IMG/VR virus record: IMGVR_UViG_3300006147_000496
Direction: 5' to 3' (one strand)
From: a virus
Length of the DNA stretch: 30,773 nucleotides
Every line of letters begins with the position of its first letter. Position 1 is the stretch's first letter. The notes beneath the pieces are model-generated. The model was not told the origin of the DNA and did no database searches. It saw only the letters and a program-made list of their open reading frames with translations. A program made the position numbers and the translations under genes. Shown piece by piece: positions 16,022 to 24,048 of the stretch.

Positions 16022-17337
16022 GCTTGGTTGACGATTGGAAGCCGCGCCCCTGCACTTCCCGCCCTGGAAAACCGTGGCGGGTTGTCATCCCGGAACGCAT
16101 ATCCCACACGGGGAAACAGACCTCAAAATATTTCGCCACAAAAGGCGAGGCTGAAGGATATATTGCGGAACAGATACGCAATTTGAAACGTTTTGGAACG
16201 GTAAACGGAAAAACGATCGATCTTGATGCTTATAAGTGGAACGCGGTTGATGAAATACTGTCAGAAATAGGGGTGACGCCTTTAGAGGCCGCCACCCATT
16301 ACGCGGCGCTTGTGAAGCGGGCGGGCTCGGTGGCAAAGCTGGGAACATTAGTAGAACTGGGGCGCGGGGTGGCGCCGCCGGACGCGGATATGTCCCCCTC
16401 CCTCCGGGAACTTGCCAGCACGGCCAGCACGGCTAAAGCGCACAACAGCCGCGTGACGGTCCTGTCCCGGAAAACGCGCCTGGGGCGCCTGGAACGTCTT
16501 TGCCCGGATCTGGTGGCCAGACCATGCGCGGCCATTACGCCGGCCATGATCCGGGATGCCCTGGACACATGCCACGCCGGCCACCCTACCAGCTGGAACA
16601 ACCTGAAGCGCGAGCTTGCCACCCTGTTTAACTTTGCCATCAAGCGCGGCTGGATCATTAAAAATCCCGTGGATCCCATAGACAAGCTTCCCGTCCAGGA
16701 AGCGGAAATAGTGGCATTGACCCCGGATCAGTTGACCGCCTTGTTCCGGGCATGCTCGCCGCCCCAGGAGATAGACAGGACGGCGCCGGTTTATCGGCGG
16801 CGCGTGGCGGCCCAGGACACAACGGATTTACGTTTGTATGTCGCCCTGGGGGCCTTTGCCGGCATCCGTCCCTGGGAACTTACCCGGCTGACATGGGCGG
16901 ATATCTCCCTGGAGGACGGCGTTGTTTCCGTCCGGGCCAAACATTCCAAGACCGGCGGCGCCCGCCATGTGACTATTCAGCCCGTGCTGAAGGCGTGGAT
17001 CCTGGCGTGCCGGCCACACAACGCGGGCCCGGATGATCCCGTCATCAATCCGCGGGATCTGAAAACGCGCCTGTTTGCCCTCCGCACCCGCGCCGGCTAT
17101 TCTCCGGAAAATCCCTGGCCGCATGATTGTTTAAGACATTCTTTTGCATCCTACTCCATGAAAGCCGGGCATGATCTGAACCAGTTAAGCCATGATATGG
17201 GCCATGTCGGAACCGACTTGTTGAAAACCCGTTACCTGAATATGCGCGGGCTGACCAAAGATTCTGCCGCGCGTTACTGGTCCCTGACGCCGGAATATCT
17301 GGCCACCGGCGGCGAAACAGCCGGCCACACGGCTTGA
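16015..17337 (+). CDS. int: Tyrosine recombinase (phage integrase); frame open from 15931, ATG options 15961 and 16015
   Basis: C-terminal catalytic signature: GIRPWELTRL (Arg), HSKTGGARHVTI (Lys), HDCLRHSFAS (HxxR), MGHVGTDLLKTRYLN (His...Tyr). It lies adjacent to the tRNA-type attP. Confidence 0.9.
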   Translation: MHSLVDDWKPRPCTSRPGKPWRVVIPERISHTGKQTSKYFATKGEAEGYIAEQIRNLKRFGTVNGKTIDLDAYKWNAVDEILSEIGVTPLEAATHYAALVKRAGSVAKLGTLVELGRGVAPPDADMSPSLRELASTASTAKAHNSRVTVLSRKTRLGRLERLCPDLVARPCAAITPAMIRDALDTCHAGHPTSWNNLKRELATLFNFAIKRGWIIKNPVDPIDKLPVQEAEIVALTPDQLTALFRACSPPQEIDRTAPVYRRRVAAQDTTDLRLYVALGAFAGIRPWELTRLTWADISLEDGVVSVRAKHSKTGGARHVTIQPVLKAWILACRPHNAGPDDPVINPRDLKTRLFALRTRAGYSPENPWPHDCLRHSFASYSMKAGHDLNQLSHDMGHVGTDLLKTRYLNMRGLTKDSAARYWSLTPEYLATGGETAGHTA

Positions 17338-17347
17338 CGGGACAAAA

Positions 17348-17377
17348 AAGGGAGATCCCGGAAGGGGGATCTCCCTT
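17348..17377. terminator. Bidirectional hairpin between the convergent int and helicase genes
   Basis: AAGGGAGATCCC-ggaagg-GGGATCTCCCTT. An A-run precedes it on the plus strand, which gives a T-run after it on the minus strand. Confidence 0.7.
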
Positions 17378-17388
17378 GAAGAGCCGTC

Positions 17389-18990
17389 TTACATACGCGG
17401 TTCGGAAAGAATGACTACATTATATTGTGAAGACACGGCGTCTTCCCGGCGGCCAAAGGTAAAGACGCGCCCGGAACTGTCCACAAATTGCCGCCCCTTG
17501 AGCTTCCGCAGTTGATGCCCCATGCTCTGATTCTGGTTTTTGCCGCTGCAAATAATGTCCACCAGCCCCAGATCCCCGGCCACGCCCATCACAGCTTCCA
17601 CCGTGTACAGGTGCGTCAGCTGCGTATGGGGCGCTTCCGGCGTTTCCGGCTGTATCTTGTCCGCAAGGGCCACCAGCAGCCGTTCCAGGGCATTCCCCCG
17701 GACGTCCCCGCCGTCCGTGGTGGCCGGGCGTTTGGTAAAGGGGGAGATAAAGCCCGCCGTCATGACGATGGATCCCACTACCTCCGAAAATCCTTCAAAG
17801 GACGGCATGGCGGACGCGGAACACACGGACGGACAGCCCTGTTCATTCCAATGCCAGACCAGGGACCACAAGGCCATAAGCATTTCCCGGCGCCATTGCG
17901 GGCGGCTGAATACTTTTTCCGTTAATGGATTGGCAATGTTTTTTTCGACGGACTTGCACACGTCAAACAGGTCAATAATCAGGCTGCGTCGCTCAATGTC
18001 CGGCGTTACCGTCAAATTGTTCCCCGTGCTGACAATCTGCATGCGGTTGACCCCGCAAAACTCCTTATTGCCTCCCAGGACGCGATCAGATATTGCCTCG
18101 CTGGTGGCATACTGGTTCAAAGTCGTACTGCTTAAATTGATCAGGTCATCAATGAGGACATACGGCGCCCCGGAAATAAGCTTGGTAAACAACAGCTTTT
18201 GCAGGGCGGCGTCATCCTTGGGAAACGGCGTGGCGTTCGGCACTCCATAAATGGGCCCTAGCGCAAATTTGGCAAGCAGCGTTTTACCCGTCCCCGGCTG
18301 GTTGCCTATAATAAGAATCATGGGTTGTCGCCCGATCAGGTGGCGGCAGAACTGCCCCAGCATATACGCCATGAAGCAGGATGCGGAACGGATATGCGTG
18401 ATAGGCCCGGCGGATTTTTCCGCCCATGGGAAGGACGCCAGGGCTCTGTTCATCGCCCGGAGAACAGCATCCACCGGCCAAACCTTGTTGGCGTCCCATG
18501 CCACGGTTTCCGCGCTGTAAATGCGCGTGGCCGGATCATAGCCGGCGGGCAGGATCCGCAGGAAGCGCTCTCCCTTGGGCCCTACGCCCCAGGCGGGCAG
18601 ACGCACGGGCATGATTTCCGCAATTTCCGGCACGGCGGCCCGCAGATAATCACTCGCCAGAATCAATTCCGCCATATTTTTTCCCATGCTTTCCACCGGA
18701 TCTTCCGCACTGGCGGAAAAGGTCATGTATTGTTCGATCCACGTTGTGAAACGCCGGGGATCCATGGGCCTTTTTTCAAGTTCCGTCGTCGTTTCCCCGT
18801 CCTGGTTGGTGCTCTTGATGGTGCTGATGGTCACATACTCGTCATGATACCGGTACAGGGCGCCGCTTGGCAGGTTGTCCGCTACCGCCTGGGCGATCAG
18901 GCTCACTTGCTGGTTGGTGCGGATATTGGGGCGTCCGTCCACCATGACGGGCGCCGCGCCTAATATTTGCGCGGTGGTCAAATCACTCAT
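17389..18990 (-). CDS. SF3 (D5/P4-like) replicative helicase/NTPase
   Basis: Walker A IIGNQPGTGKTLLA, Walker B PYVLIDDL, motif C-like IVSTGNNL. 533 aa. The gene overlaps the primase gene by 4 nt. Confidence 0.65.
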   Translation of the reverse strand: MSDLTTAQILGAAPVMVDGRPNIRTNQQVSLIAQAVADNLPSGALYRYHDEYVTISTIKSTNQDGETTTELEKRPMDPRRFTTWIEQYMTFSASAEDPVESMGKNMAELILASDYLRAAVPEIAEIMPVRLPAWGVGPKGERFLRILPAGYDPATRIYSAETVAWDANKVWPVDAVLRAMNRALASFPWAEKSAGPITHIRSASCFMAYMLGQFCRHLIGRQPMILIIGNQPGTGKTLLAKFALGPIYGVPNATPFPKDDAALQKLLFTKLISGAPYVLIDDLINLSSTTLNQYATSEAISDRVLGGNKEFCGVNRMQIVSTGNNLTVTPDIERRSLIIDLFDVCKSVEKNIANPLTEKVFSRPQWRREMLMALWSLVWHWNEQGCPSVCSASAMPSFEGFSEVVGSIVMTAGFISPFTKRPATTDGGDVRGNALERLLVALADKIQPETPEAPHTQLTHLYTVEAVMGVAGDLGLVDIICSGKNQNQSMGHQLRKLKGRQFVDSSGRVFTFGRREDAVSSQYNVVILSEPRM

Positions 18991-20111
18991 GATCTTGCCG
19001 CCTTTCTCGGTTGCCGCGCGGGCATGGTCAGGATGGGAACGCCGTGGACCGCGCCGGGGTTCAGGTAAAGCAATTCCTGCAGGCGCGGTTGGTCGTATTT
19101 GAAATAGGTTCCGTTTTCCCCGGTGGCTCCGTGCCTCATGCAGCCGGGCAGGCGGGACAGCCGCACAGGCGTCATGGCCGCGGCGTCCGCTCCCACGGCG
19201 GACAGCCGCAAGACGTATTCTGACTTAATGGCGTTGAATTCCTCCGGCGTGGCGGCGGAAATTTTCACCAGGGCATGGACGGATTTCCCGCCGCTGGTGT
19301 AAACGGCCACAACCGGATCCGCAAGCTGCACCAGAATTTTCAGCCATACGTCCGCGGTCAGTACGTCGCTTTCCAGGACCAGGAAGGGAAAGGACGTGCA
19401 GCATGCCGCATGCCGCCGCCCCGGCATCAAATTTCCCATGGCATCCCGCTTGCCGGGGTTAGGTTCCCATTTGCCCGTCACGGGCGCCGTTAAGTACCAG
19501 ACGCCGGCATCCCCGCCGGCAGGCAGACGCGGGGCTTTCACGGGCTCCACGCCGGGTTTCCGCCCCAGCTTGTAAACGCCATCCTTCACGATATACATAT
19601 ATTGACCCTGGGAGGCAAAGGCCGTGAATACCAGGATCCGCGCGCCGGCGGGATATAGTTCATTCAGCAGCAGTTCCCCCCAGGCGCGGGGATTGCCGGG
19701 GATTTCCACCGGGCTATGATCCCTCAGCCAGTCAAACGTGATTTCTTCCTCCACCCGGCCCGCCAGCGCAAGGGCCAGATCTTCATTCAATTCTTCCGCT
19801 TTTACCTTCCGCGCCTTGGGCGCCGGGGGCAGGGGACGCTGGTATTTGGGGGTTGCCTTGCGGGTGCTGCGGGCCCCGCGTTCCTCCGCGCTGATAGCCC
19901 GGTAAAGCACCCTCATGAAGTCGTCGCGGGCGCTCTGGCAGGATTGATGGAAGCAATATTCATGCGGTTTTCCTTCGCCGTCAAACCAGATCCGCCAATC
20001 CCGCGGCCCGCTTTGCGTGGTATGCAGCGCGGCGCCGGGGCAGGGGGCGCACCCGTCTTCCCCGATTGGATAGCCTAAAATTTCCTCGGCAAGTTCCTTG
20101 TGTGATTTCAT
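18987..20111 (-). CDS. AEP-superfamily primase (prim-pol) with N-terminal Cys/His cluster
   Basis: FLVLESDVL (acidic motif I-like) and YTSGGKSVHALVKI (sGxGxH motif II-like). The N-terminal CAPCPG...H...CFHQSC suggests metal binding. Confidence 0.55.
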   Translation of the reverse strand: MKSHKELAEEILGYPIGEDGCAPCPGAALHTTQSGPRDWRIWFDGEGKPHEYCFHQSCQSARDDFMRVLYRAISAEERGARSTRKATPKYQRPLPPAPKARKVKAEELNEDLALALAGRVEEEITFDWLRDHSPVEIPGNPRAWGELLLNELYPAGARILVFTAFASQGQYMYIVKDGVYKLGRKPGVEPVKAPRLPAGGDAGVWYLTAPVTGKWEPNPGKRDAMGNLMPGRRHAACCTSFPFLVLESDVLTADVWLKILVQLADPVVAVYTSGGKSVHALVKISAATPEEFNAIKSEYVLRLSAVGADAAAMTPVRLSRLPGCMRHGATGENGTYFKYDQPRLQELLYLNPGAVHGVPILTMPARQPRKAARS

Positions 20112-20905
20112 GCGTGAAATTTGAAAAGTGAAAGTTGGTCAGGATAGTTCATCCACAGGCATTCCACCCGTTTTTTTCCCATGCCGGCGCGGGCTCCGTA
20201 GCTGACCTTGCACCAGCCGGAAAGGGCGTTGTTGTAAAGCGCGTTGTCGTACCCGCACAACACCACTTTCCCCCGGCAATCCAGCAATAACCGGAGAAGT
20301 TCCACATGCTGTTTGTCCGTGAATTCGTGCGTGTAGGATCCTTCACGGGTGCGGGTGCTTTTCAGGTAGGGCGGATCAATGAAATGCAGGGTTTCCGGGC
20401 CGTCATGCCGTGAGATCAGTTCCAGGGCGTCCCGTTGTTCAATGTACACGTTCCGAAGCCGTTCAACGGCCTTTTCCAGCGTTTCCGGAAGGTTTTTCCA
20501 GTCAGCCGCCACCGTGGGTTGACGGTTCCGGCTCACCCGGAAGCCGGAAGAAGCGTCCCGGAATGCGTCATTGGCAATGCCGAACCAGGAGCGCACCAAA
20601 AAGCGGCGGGCACGTTCCACGGGATCCTTGACTGGCCAGGCATGGTTCAGTTCTTCCCGGCTGTAAGGCGTCAATCGGATAGCGTCAATAAGTTCCCCGG
20701 AATTCCCATTCCTCAATACCCGGAAAAAATTCACCACTTCCCCGTCCAGGTCATTATAAATTTCCACCGCGGAAGGGGCCTTATTCAGCAGGACGCCGGC
20801 GGATCCGCCGCACGGTTCAAGATAACAGAAATGCGGCGGGAAGTGTTCAATGATTTCCCGCGCGTATCGGTTTTTCCCTCCTAAATATCGCAGTACGGCT
20901 TTCAT
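20108..20905 (-). CDS. dam: N6-adenine DNA methyltransferase (D12/Dam class)
   Basis: LRYLGGKNRY, EPCGGSAGV (FxGxG-like) and IDPPY motifs are present in Dam-class order. Confidence 0.9.
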   Translation of the reverse strand: MKAVLRYLGGKNRYAREIIEHFPPHFCYLEPCGGSAGVLLNKAPSAVEIYNDLDGEVVNFFRVLRNGNSGELIDAIRLTPYSREELNHAWPVKDPVERARRFLVRSWFGIANDAFRDASSGFRVSRNRQPTVAADWKNLPETLEKAVERLRNVYIEQRDALELISRHDGPETLHFIDPPYLKSTRTREGSYTHEFTDKQHVELLRLLLDCRGKVVLCGYDNALYNNALSGWCKVSYGARAGMGKKRVECLWMNYPDQLSLFKFHA

Positions 20906-20920
20906 TTTTTATTCAATGAC

Positions 20921-21166
20921 TTATGAAAAAAATAAGTTAATTGTTTTCCCGTCGCATATATAACTTTGAAAATATTTCATATTTAGAGCAACCCACGCTT
21001 GGTTTTCATTTTTTCTGAAATAAAGAATTTCATTTTTCCCGGCGTTTATATCCACTTTTCCAATCAGGTCTTTTGCAACTTCATAGGAAACAAACATTGA
21101 CGCACAAGGGCCGTTTTTGAAAACAGGATTATAGATGCGTATTTCAAATTCATTTTCAGGATTCAT
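20921..21166 (-). CDS. Small hypothetical protein, AT-rich moron (track lists GTG start 21244; ATG 21166 preferred)
   Basis: ATG 21166 (MNPENEFEIRIY...) follows the upstream TAA by 4 nt. The region is visibly AT-rich compared with its flanks. Confidence 0.45.
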   Translation of the reverse strand: MNPENEFEIRIYNPVFKNGPCASMFVSYEVAKDLIGKVDINAGKNEILYFRKNENQAWVALNMKYFQSYICDGKTINLFFS

Positions 21167-21170
21167 TTTT

Positions 21171-21392
21171 TTACAGGGTAAATTCTTTCCCGTACAACGC
21201 TTTATATATATTGTTCCTTTTTTTCCGGGCGGTACGAATATCACATGTTTTCAAGTTGATATTTAGCGATATGATATGTTTACGGTCTGTGATCAGAATG
21301 TTGAACACGTACCCGTTTTCATTGAGCCGCAGGCAATAATCTTCATCCCCCGGATCATGAATTACTCCAATAAGCGTATATCGTTTTTTCAT
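21171..21392 (-). CDS. Small hypothetical protein, AT-rich moron
   Basis: 73-aa ORF whose start overlaps the stop of the upstream gene (ATGA-type). AT-rich composition. Confidence 0.45.
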   Translation of the reverse strand: MKKRYTLIGVIHDPGDEDYCLRLNENGYVFNILITDRKHIISLNINLKTCDIRTARKKRNNIYKALYGKEFTL

Positions 21393-22183
21393 TTTATTAT
21401 TCCTTTAACTTCCAATACCTTAAATTTGATCATCCACACCCAGGGATCCGCTTCCCCGCCGTCGTGCAGACGATCCCACAGCGTGAAAAAGGAATCTCTG
21501 GCGCGGATGCACATGCTTTCCGGGTCCAGATAGTTTTTCCAGCCGGTGGAGGACGTTTCTTCATCGTAAAAAATGCTTTCAATTCCTTCCGCCATGGCTT
21601 CTTCTTCAGTAATGGATTGTAGTTTCCTGACCTCAATATCAGTTATTTCCAGCAGAATCCGCGAGGCGCAACGGGGAAGGAACATGGCCTGACGCCGCCG
21701 CAAGACAGATCTGTCCAGCCAGGGCTTCACCCCCGCTTTCCGGCAGTCTTCCAGGCATTGTTCTTTCAGGCAATCCAGCCAGGCGGCAGAATAACCGCCG
21801 CCCGGCTCGCATACCTTCCGGGCCCCGTCAGCCAGGTATTCCACTTCAAAGCCTCCCCATGGCAGGAATAACCCTATTTTCCAGGGTTCCCGCACCCATA
21901 GCCGTTCCCCCGGCTTCCCATAGGGGCATTTCACCACAGGATCCAGCCCAGGCGGGCATTCCCCGCGCGGATCCTGGAAAACGGCGCGCCAGATGCCCGG
22001 CTCTTCTTTTGTAAAATGACATAGTTCCCAGGCATCTTCCCCCAGGGGGATTTTCCAGTCCGGCCAGCCATTGAAACGTTCTAAGCCCCGCGTGCGGCTG
22101 GTCTGTGTTTTCCAGCCTTGCAGCAGCGCACGCACCATATCCGCGGAAAAGGCAATGGGGCGTTCTTTGATACATGTTTTCAT
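21389..22183 (-). CDS. ASCH/PUA-like conserved phage protein
   Basis: The motif series MVRALLQGWKTQTSR ... CPYGKPGERLWVREPW ... LPRCASRILLEITDIEVRKLQSITEEEAMAEG matches a widespread phage family I remember being annotated as ASCH-domain or hypothetical. Confidence 0.55.
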   Translation of the reverse strand: MKTCIKERPIAFSADMVRALLQGWKTQTSRTRGLERFNGWPDWKIPLGEDAWELCHFTKEEPGIWRAVFQDPRGECPPGLDPVVKCPYGKPGERLWVREPWKIGLFLPWGGFEVEYLADGARKVCEPGGGYSAAWLDCLKEQCLEDCRKAGVKPWLDRSVLRRRQAMFLPRCASRILLEITDIEVRKLQSITEEEAMAEGIESIFYDEETSSTGWKNYLDPESMCIRARDSFFTLWDRLHDGGEADPWVWMIKFKVLEVKGIIK

Positions 22184-22196
22184 AATATATTGAAGA

Positions 22197-22604
22197 TTAT
22201 TTTTTTATTTCATCAATCAGGCGCAAAATTTCTTTCTTGTGCCGGTAAAGCACATCTTCCCCCACGCCCAACCGGTCACATAGTTCCCGCCAGGTAAAGG
22301 AGCGGGGATCCCCTATCCCAAGCAGTTTTACCAGGATGCCGGCATTAAGCGCCAGATGCCACAGGGTCAAATCCATGCTGCCGGGATGGACGCGCAGCAG
22401 CCGGAAAAACTGTTTCACCACGTTTTCCCGCTTGGCGTGGTAGTATTCATCCAGCAGCACAAGCTGATCCTCCGTGAATTCCTCACGCGGAAAATCAGCG
22501 GGCAATCCTTCCCCCGCTTCATTTTCCGCCGGCGGATGAAAGGGAAGCTGTTCCAGATCCTTCACCTGCACGCGCAAATACCATGCGGCATATTTGTTGC
22601 TCAT
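22197..22604 (-). CDS. Putative DNA-binding regulator (C-terminal HTH)
   Basis: 135 aa. FTWRELCDRLGVGEDVLYRHKKEIL looks like a sigma-region-4 or HTH segment. This is a weak call. Confidence 0.3.
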   Translation of the reverse strand: MSNKYAAWYLRVQVKDLEQLPFHPPAENEAGEGLPADFPREEFTEDQLVLLDEYYHAKRENVVKQFFRLLRVHPGSMDLTLWHLALNAGILVKLLGIGDPRSFTWRELCDRLGVGEDVLYRHKKEILRLIDEIKK

Positions 22605-22611
22605 AAAAACG

Positions 22612-22929
22612 CTAATTGTTAAGCACTCCGAGTTTTATTTTATTCTTTTTCAAGGTCATGTGGAGATCCACAAACAGGGACGCTCCTATTTTCACCATGA
22701 CCAGCGTTCCGTTGTTGCGCCAGGTCCGCAACGTTTCTTTGCTGGGGGCGCTGTCCGGCAGGAACAGGCCCGGCGTTTTGGGCAGATCGTACAGGCGGCA
22801 AAAGCGGGGCAGATATTTGATCTGATCCCCAGCCGTTTGCACGTTCCCCACGGCCACCACGCTTTCAGGATTCACTTGTTCCATTTTCGTTGCTGGGCTT
22901 GAATTCACATTTCGCATAAACTCCGGCAA
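22612..22929 (-). CDS. Excisionase-family (HTH_17-like) DNA-binding protein; true start probably internal (ATG 22884)
   Basis: SKETLRTWRNNGTLVMVKIGASLFVDL resembles the excisionase/AlpA-type winged HTH. The full ORF overlaps the upstream gene by 65 nt. Confidence 0.45.
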   Translation of the reverse strand: MPEFMRNVNSSPATKMEQVNPESVVAVGNVQTAGDQIKYLPRFCRLYDLPKTPGLFLPDSAPSKETLRTWRNNGTLVMVKIGASLFVDLHMTLKKNKIKLGVLNN

Positions 22930-23185
22930 TCCCCATCATTTGTTCCAGATTCTTCAGGGGGATTTCAGAGCATCCCAGGCCCTGGGCCAGAAGAATTTCC
23001 GTAACCAGCGAACCGGCCAACGCTTCCAGTTGCACACGTGGCAGACCTTCCACCAGTTCCCGCGCATTGTTGATAACGTTTTTTATGATGTCGTCCGGGG
23101 GAATGTTAGAGAGCCTTTCATGGATGATATTGATGTTCCGTGCATCCCCAGGGGTGCCCGGATTGAATGCTGTATTTATTTTCAT
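22865..23185 (-). CDS. Hypothetical early protein
   Basis: 106-aa ORF, second gene of the leftward early operon. No motif recognised. Confidence 0.45.
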   Translation of the reverse strand: MKINTAFNPGTPGDARNINIIHERLSNIPPDDIIKNVINNARELVEGLPRVQLEALAGSLVTEILLAQGLGCSEIPLKNLEQMMGIAGVYAKCEFKPSNENGTSES

Positions 23186-23201
23186 GATTCTAATCGGTTG
23201 T

Positions 23202-23474
23202 TTATCTCAAATTCAGGTCAGGATCCGCGCCGTTGACCACTACGGGGGCGGGAGTGGGGAACATTGCCGGCGCCGGGCATGTTACGGGCTCAGGGGCCGG
23301 GACAGGGGGCAATGCTGCCGGGGTCATGTTCCGTCCCTGACGGGTCAACGCTTCCCTGGTCAACAACGTGGAAATATCTATTCCCGCCTGCGCGGCCTGA
23401 ATGGCGAGAGTTCCAAACGTTAGTGCCGGAATTTGCAGGGTGATATTACTATTATCCGTAATTTTGTTTCTCAT
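23202..23474 (-). CDS. Ribbon-helix-helix DNA-binding protein (Cro-role candidate)
   Basis: ITLQIP (beta strand), FGTLAIQAAQAG (helix) and ISTLLTREAL (helix) fit RHH topology. It is the first gene of the early operon and diverges from the HTH gene. Confidence 0.5.
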   Translation of the reverse strand: MRNKITDNSNITLQIPALTFGTLAIQAAQAGIDISTLLTREALTRQGRNMTPAALPPVPAPEPVTCPAPAMFPTPAPVVVNGADPDLNLR

Positions 23475-23590
23475 AGCTGGACTAACAACTATGAAAAATC
23501 GTAAAAAACGTCAAGTCTATATTTCGTATTTTTCGGAAATTGCAGTTTTCACCCTTGCTAATTATTCAAGATTTTAGTAAACCGTCACGC
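23475..23590. promoter_or_regulatory. Divergent early/immunity control region
   Basis: 116-nt AT-rich spacer between the divergent RHH and HTH genes. It contains A/T-tract half-sites CGTAAAAAACG and CGTATTTTTCG, plus TGGACT-N18-TAAAAA on the plus strand. Confidence 0.4.
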
Positions 23591-23980
23591 ATGGATTATT
23601 CTGTTGAAAGCATAAAAAAATGGTTAAAGGGTGCCGGAAAAGATCGTAACTGGTTGGCAAAGAAGCTTTATGTTAGTAAATCTACTGTTGATAATTGGTT
23701 AGCTCCTTCTACTCCTACGCCAATACCCAAAGCGAAGCTTGCTTTCATTCAACAGCTCATGGAACAATCAAAAACTATTGAAAATAAAAAGGTTAATTAT
23801 GATGATGTTCTTACTTTTCCCGTACGTCTAACGCCGGAGGAATGGAAAGCCCTTCTTCCCCCGGATATTGATCCGTCAGACTATGCCGCCGCGGAAAGGC
23901 ATATCCGCAACCTTCTTCAATCCATCGTGGATTCTACCCCACCCATGCCGCGCCCCCAAGAGCCAGACGACAACGCATGA
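23591..23980 (+). CDS. HTH (Cro/CI-type) repressor candidate (track ORF starts at TTG 23540)
   Basis: SIKKWLKGAGKDRNWLAKKLYVSKSTVDNWL is a typical HTH_3-like segment. The gene is divergent from the early operon and followed by a strong terminator. Confidence 0.55.
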   Translation: MDYSVESIKKWLKGAGKDRNWLAKKLYVSKSTVDNWLAPSTPTPIPKAKLAFIQQLMEQSKTIENKKVNYDDVLTFPVRLTPEEWKALLPPDIDPSDYAAAERHIRNLLQSIVDSTPPMPRPQEPDDNA

Positions 23981-24002
23981 CCGCTTTTGAATCTGGGCAT
24001 AA

Positions 24003-24037
24003 AAAAGGCCGGCATCAGGGAAAGAAGCCGGCCTTTT
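24003..24037. terminator. Bidirectional rho-independent terminator
   Basis: AAAAGGCCGGC-atcagggaaagaa-GCCGGCCTTTT followed by TTTTCAAATTTTT. An A-run upstream gives a T-run on the minus strand. It lies between convergent genes. Confidence 0.8.
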
Positions 24038-24048
24038 CAAATTTTTAG

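Noticed and set aside
1118-18963. Many long ORFs antisense to, or nested in other frames of, the late and early operons (e.g. 1118-1795, 2675-3490, 10340-11038, 14426-15097, 15107-15682, 17540-18250 and 18325-18963 on the plus strand; 1758-2180 and 13444-13743 on the minus strand)
   Set aside because: Each overlaps a gene with clear motifs or tight operon packing. Their translations are low-complexity (R/P/G/A-rich) and lack start contexts. They are best explained as shadow ORFs in GC-rich DNA.
20921-21392. Overlap of ORFs 21171-21392 and 20921-21244 as a frameshifted pseudogene, or slippage at the A7 run (CGG AAA AAA AGG)
   Set aside because: The downstream frame is closed by a TGA immediately before its GTG. 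A good ATG (21166) sits 4 nt after the upstream TAA. Two adjacent small genes explain the pattern without a frameshift.
23474-23515. AGCTGGACTAA at the start of the switch region as a third copy of the island promoter cassette
   Set aside because: Only the CTGGAC block is shared and the ATGCTATCACGAA block is absent. I treat it as a possibly unrelated sigma-70-like -35 element.
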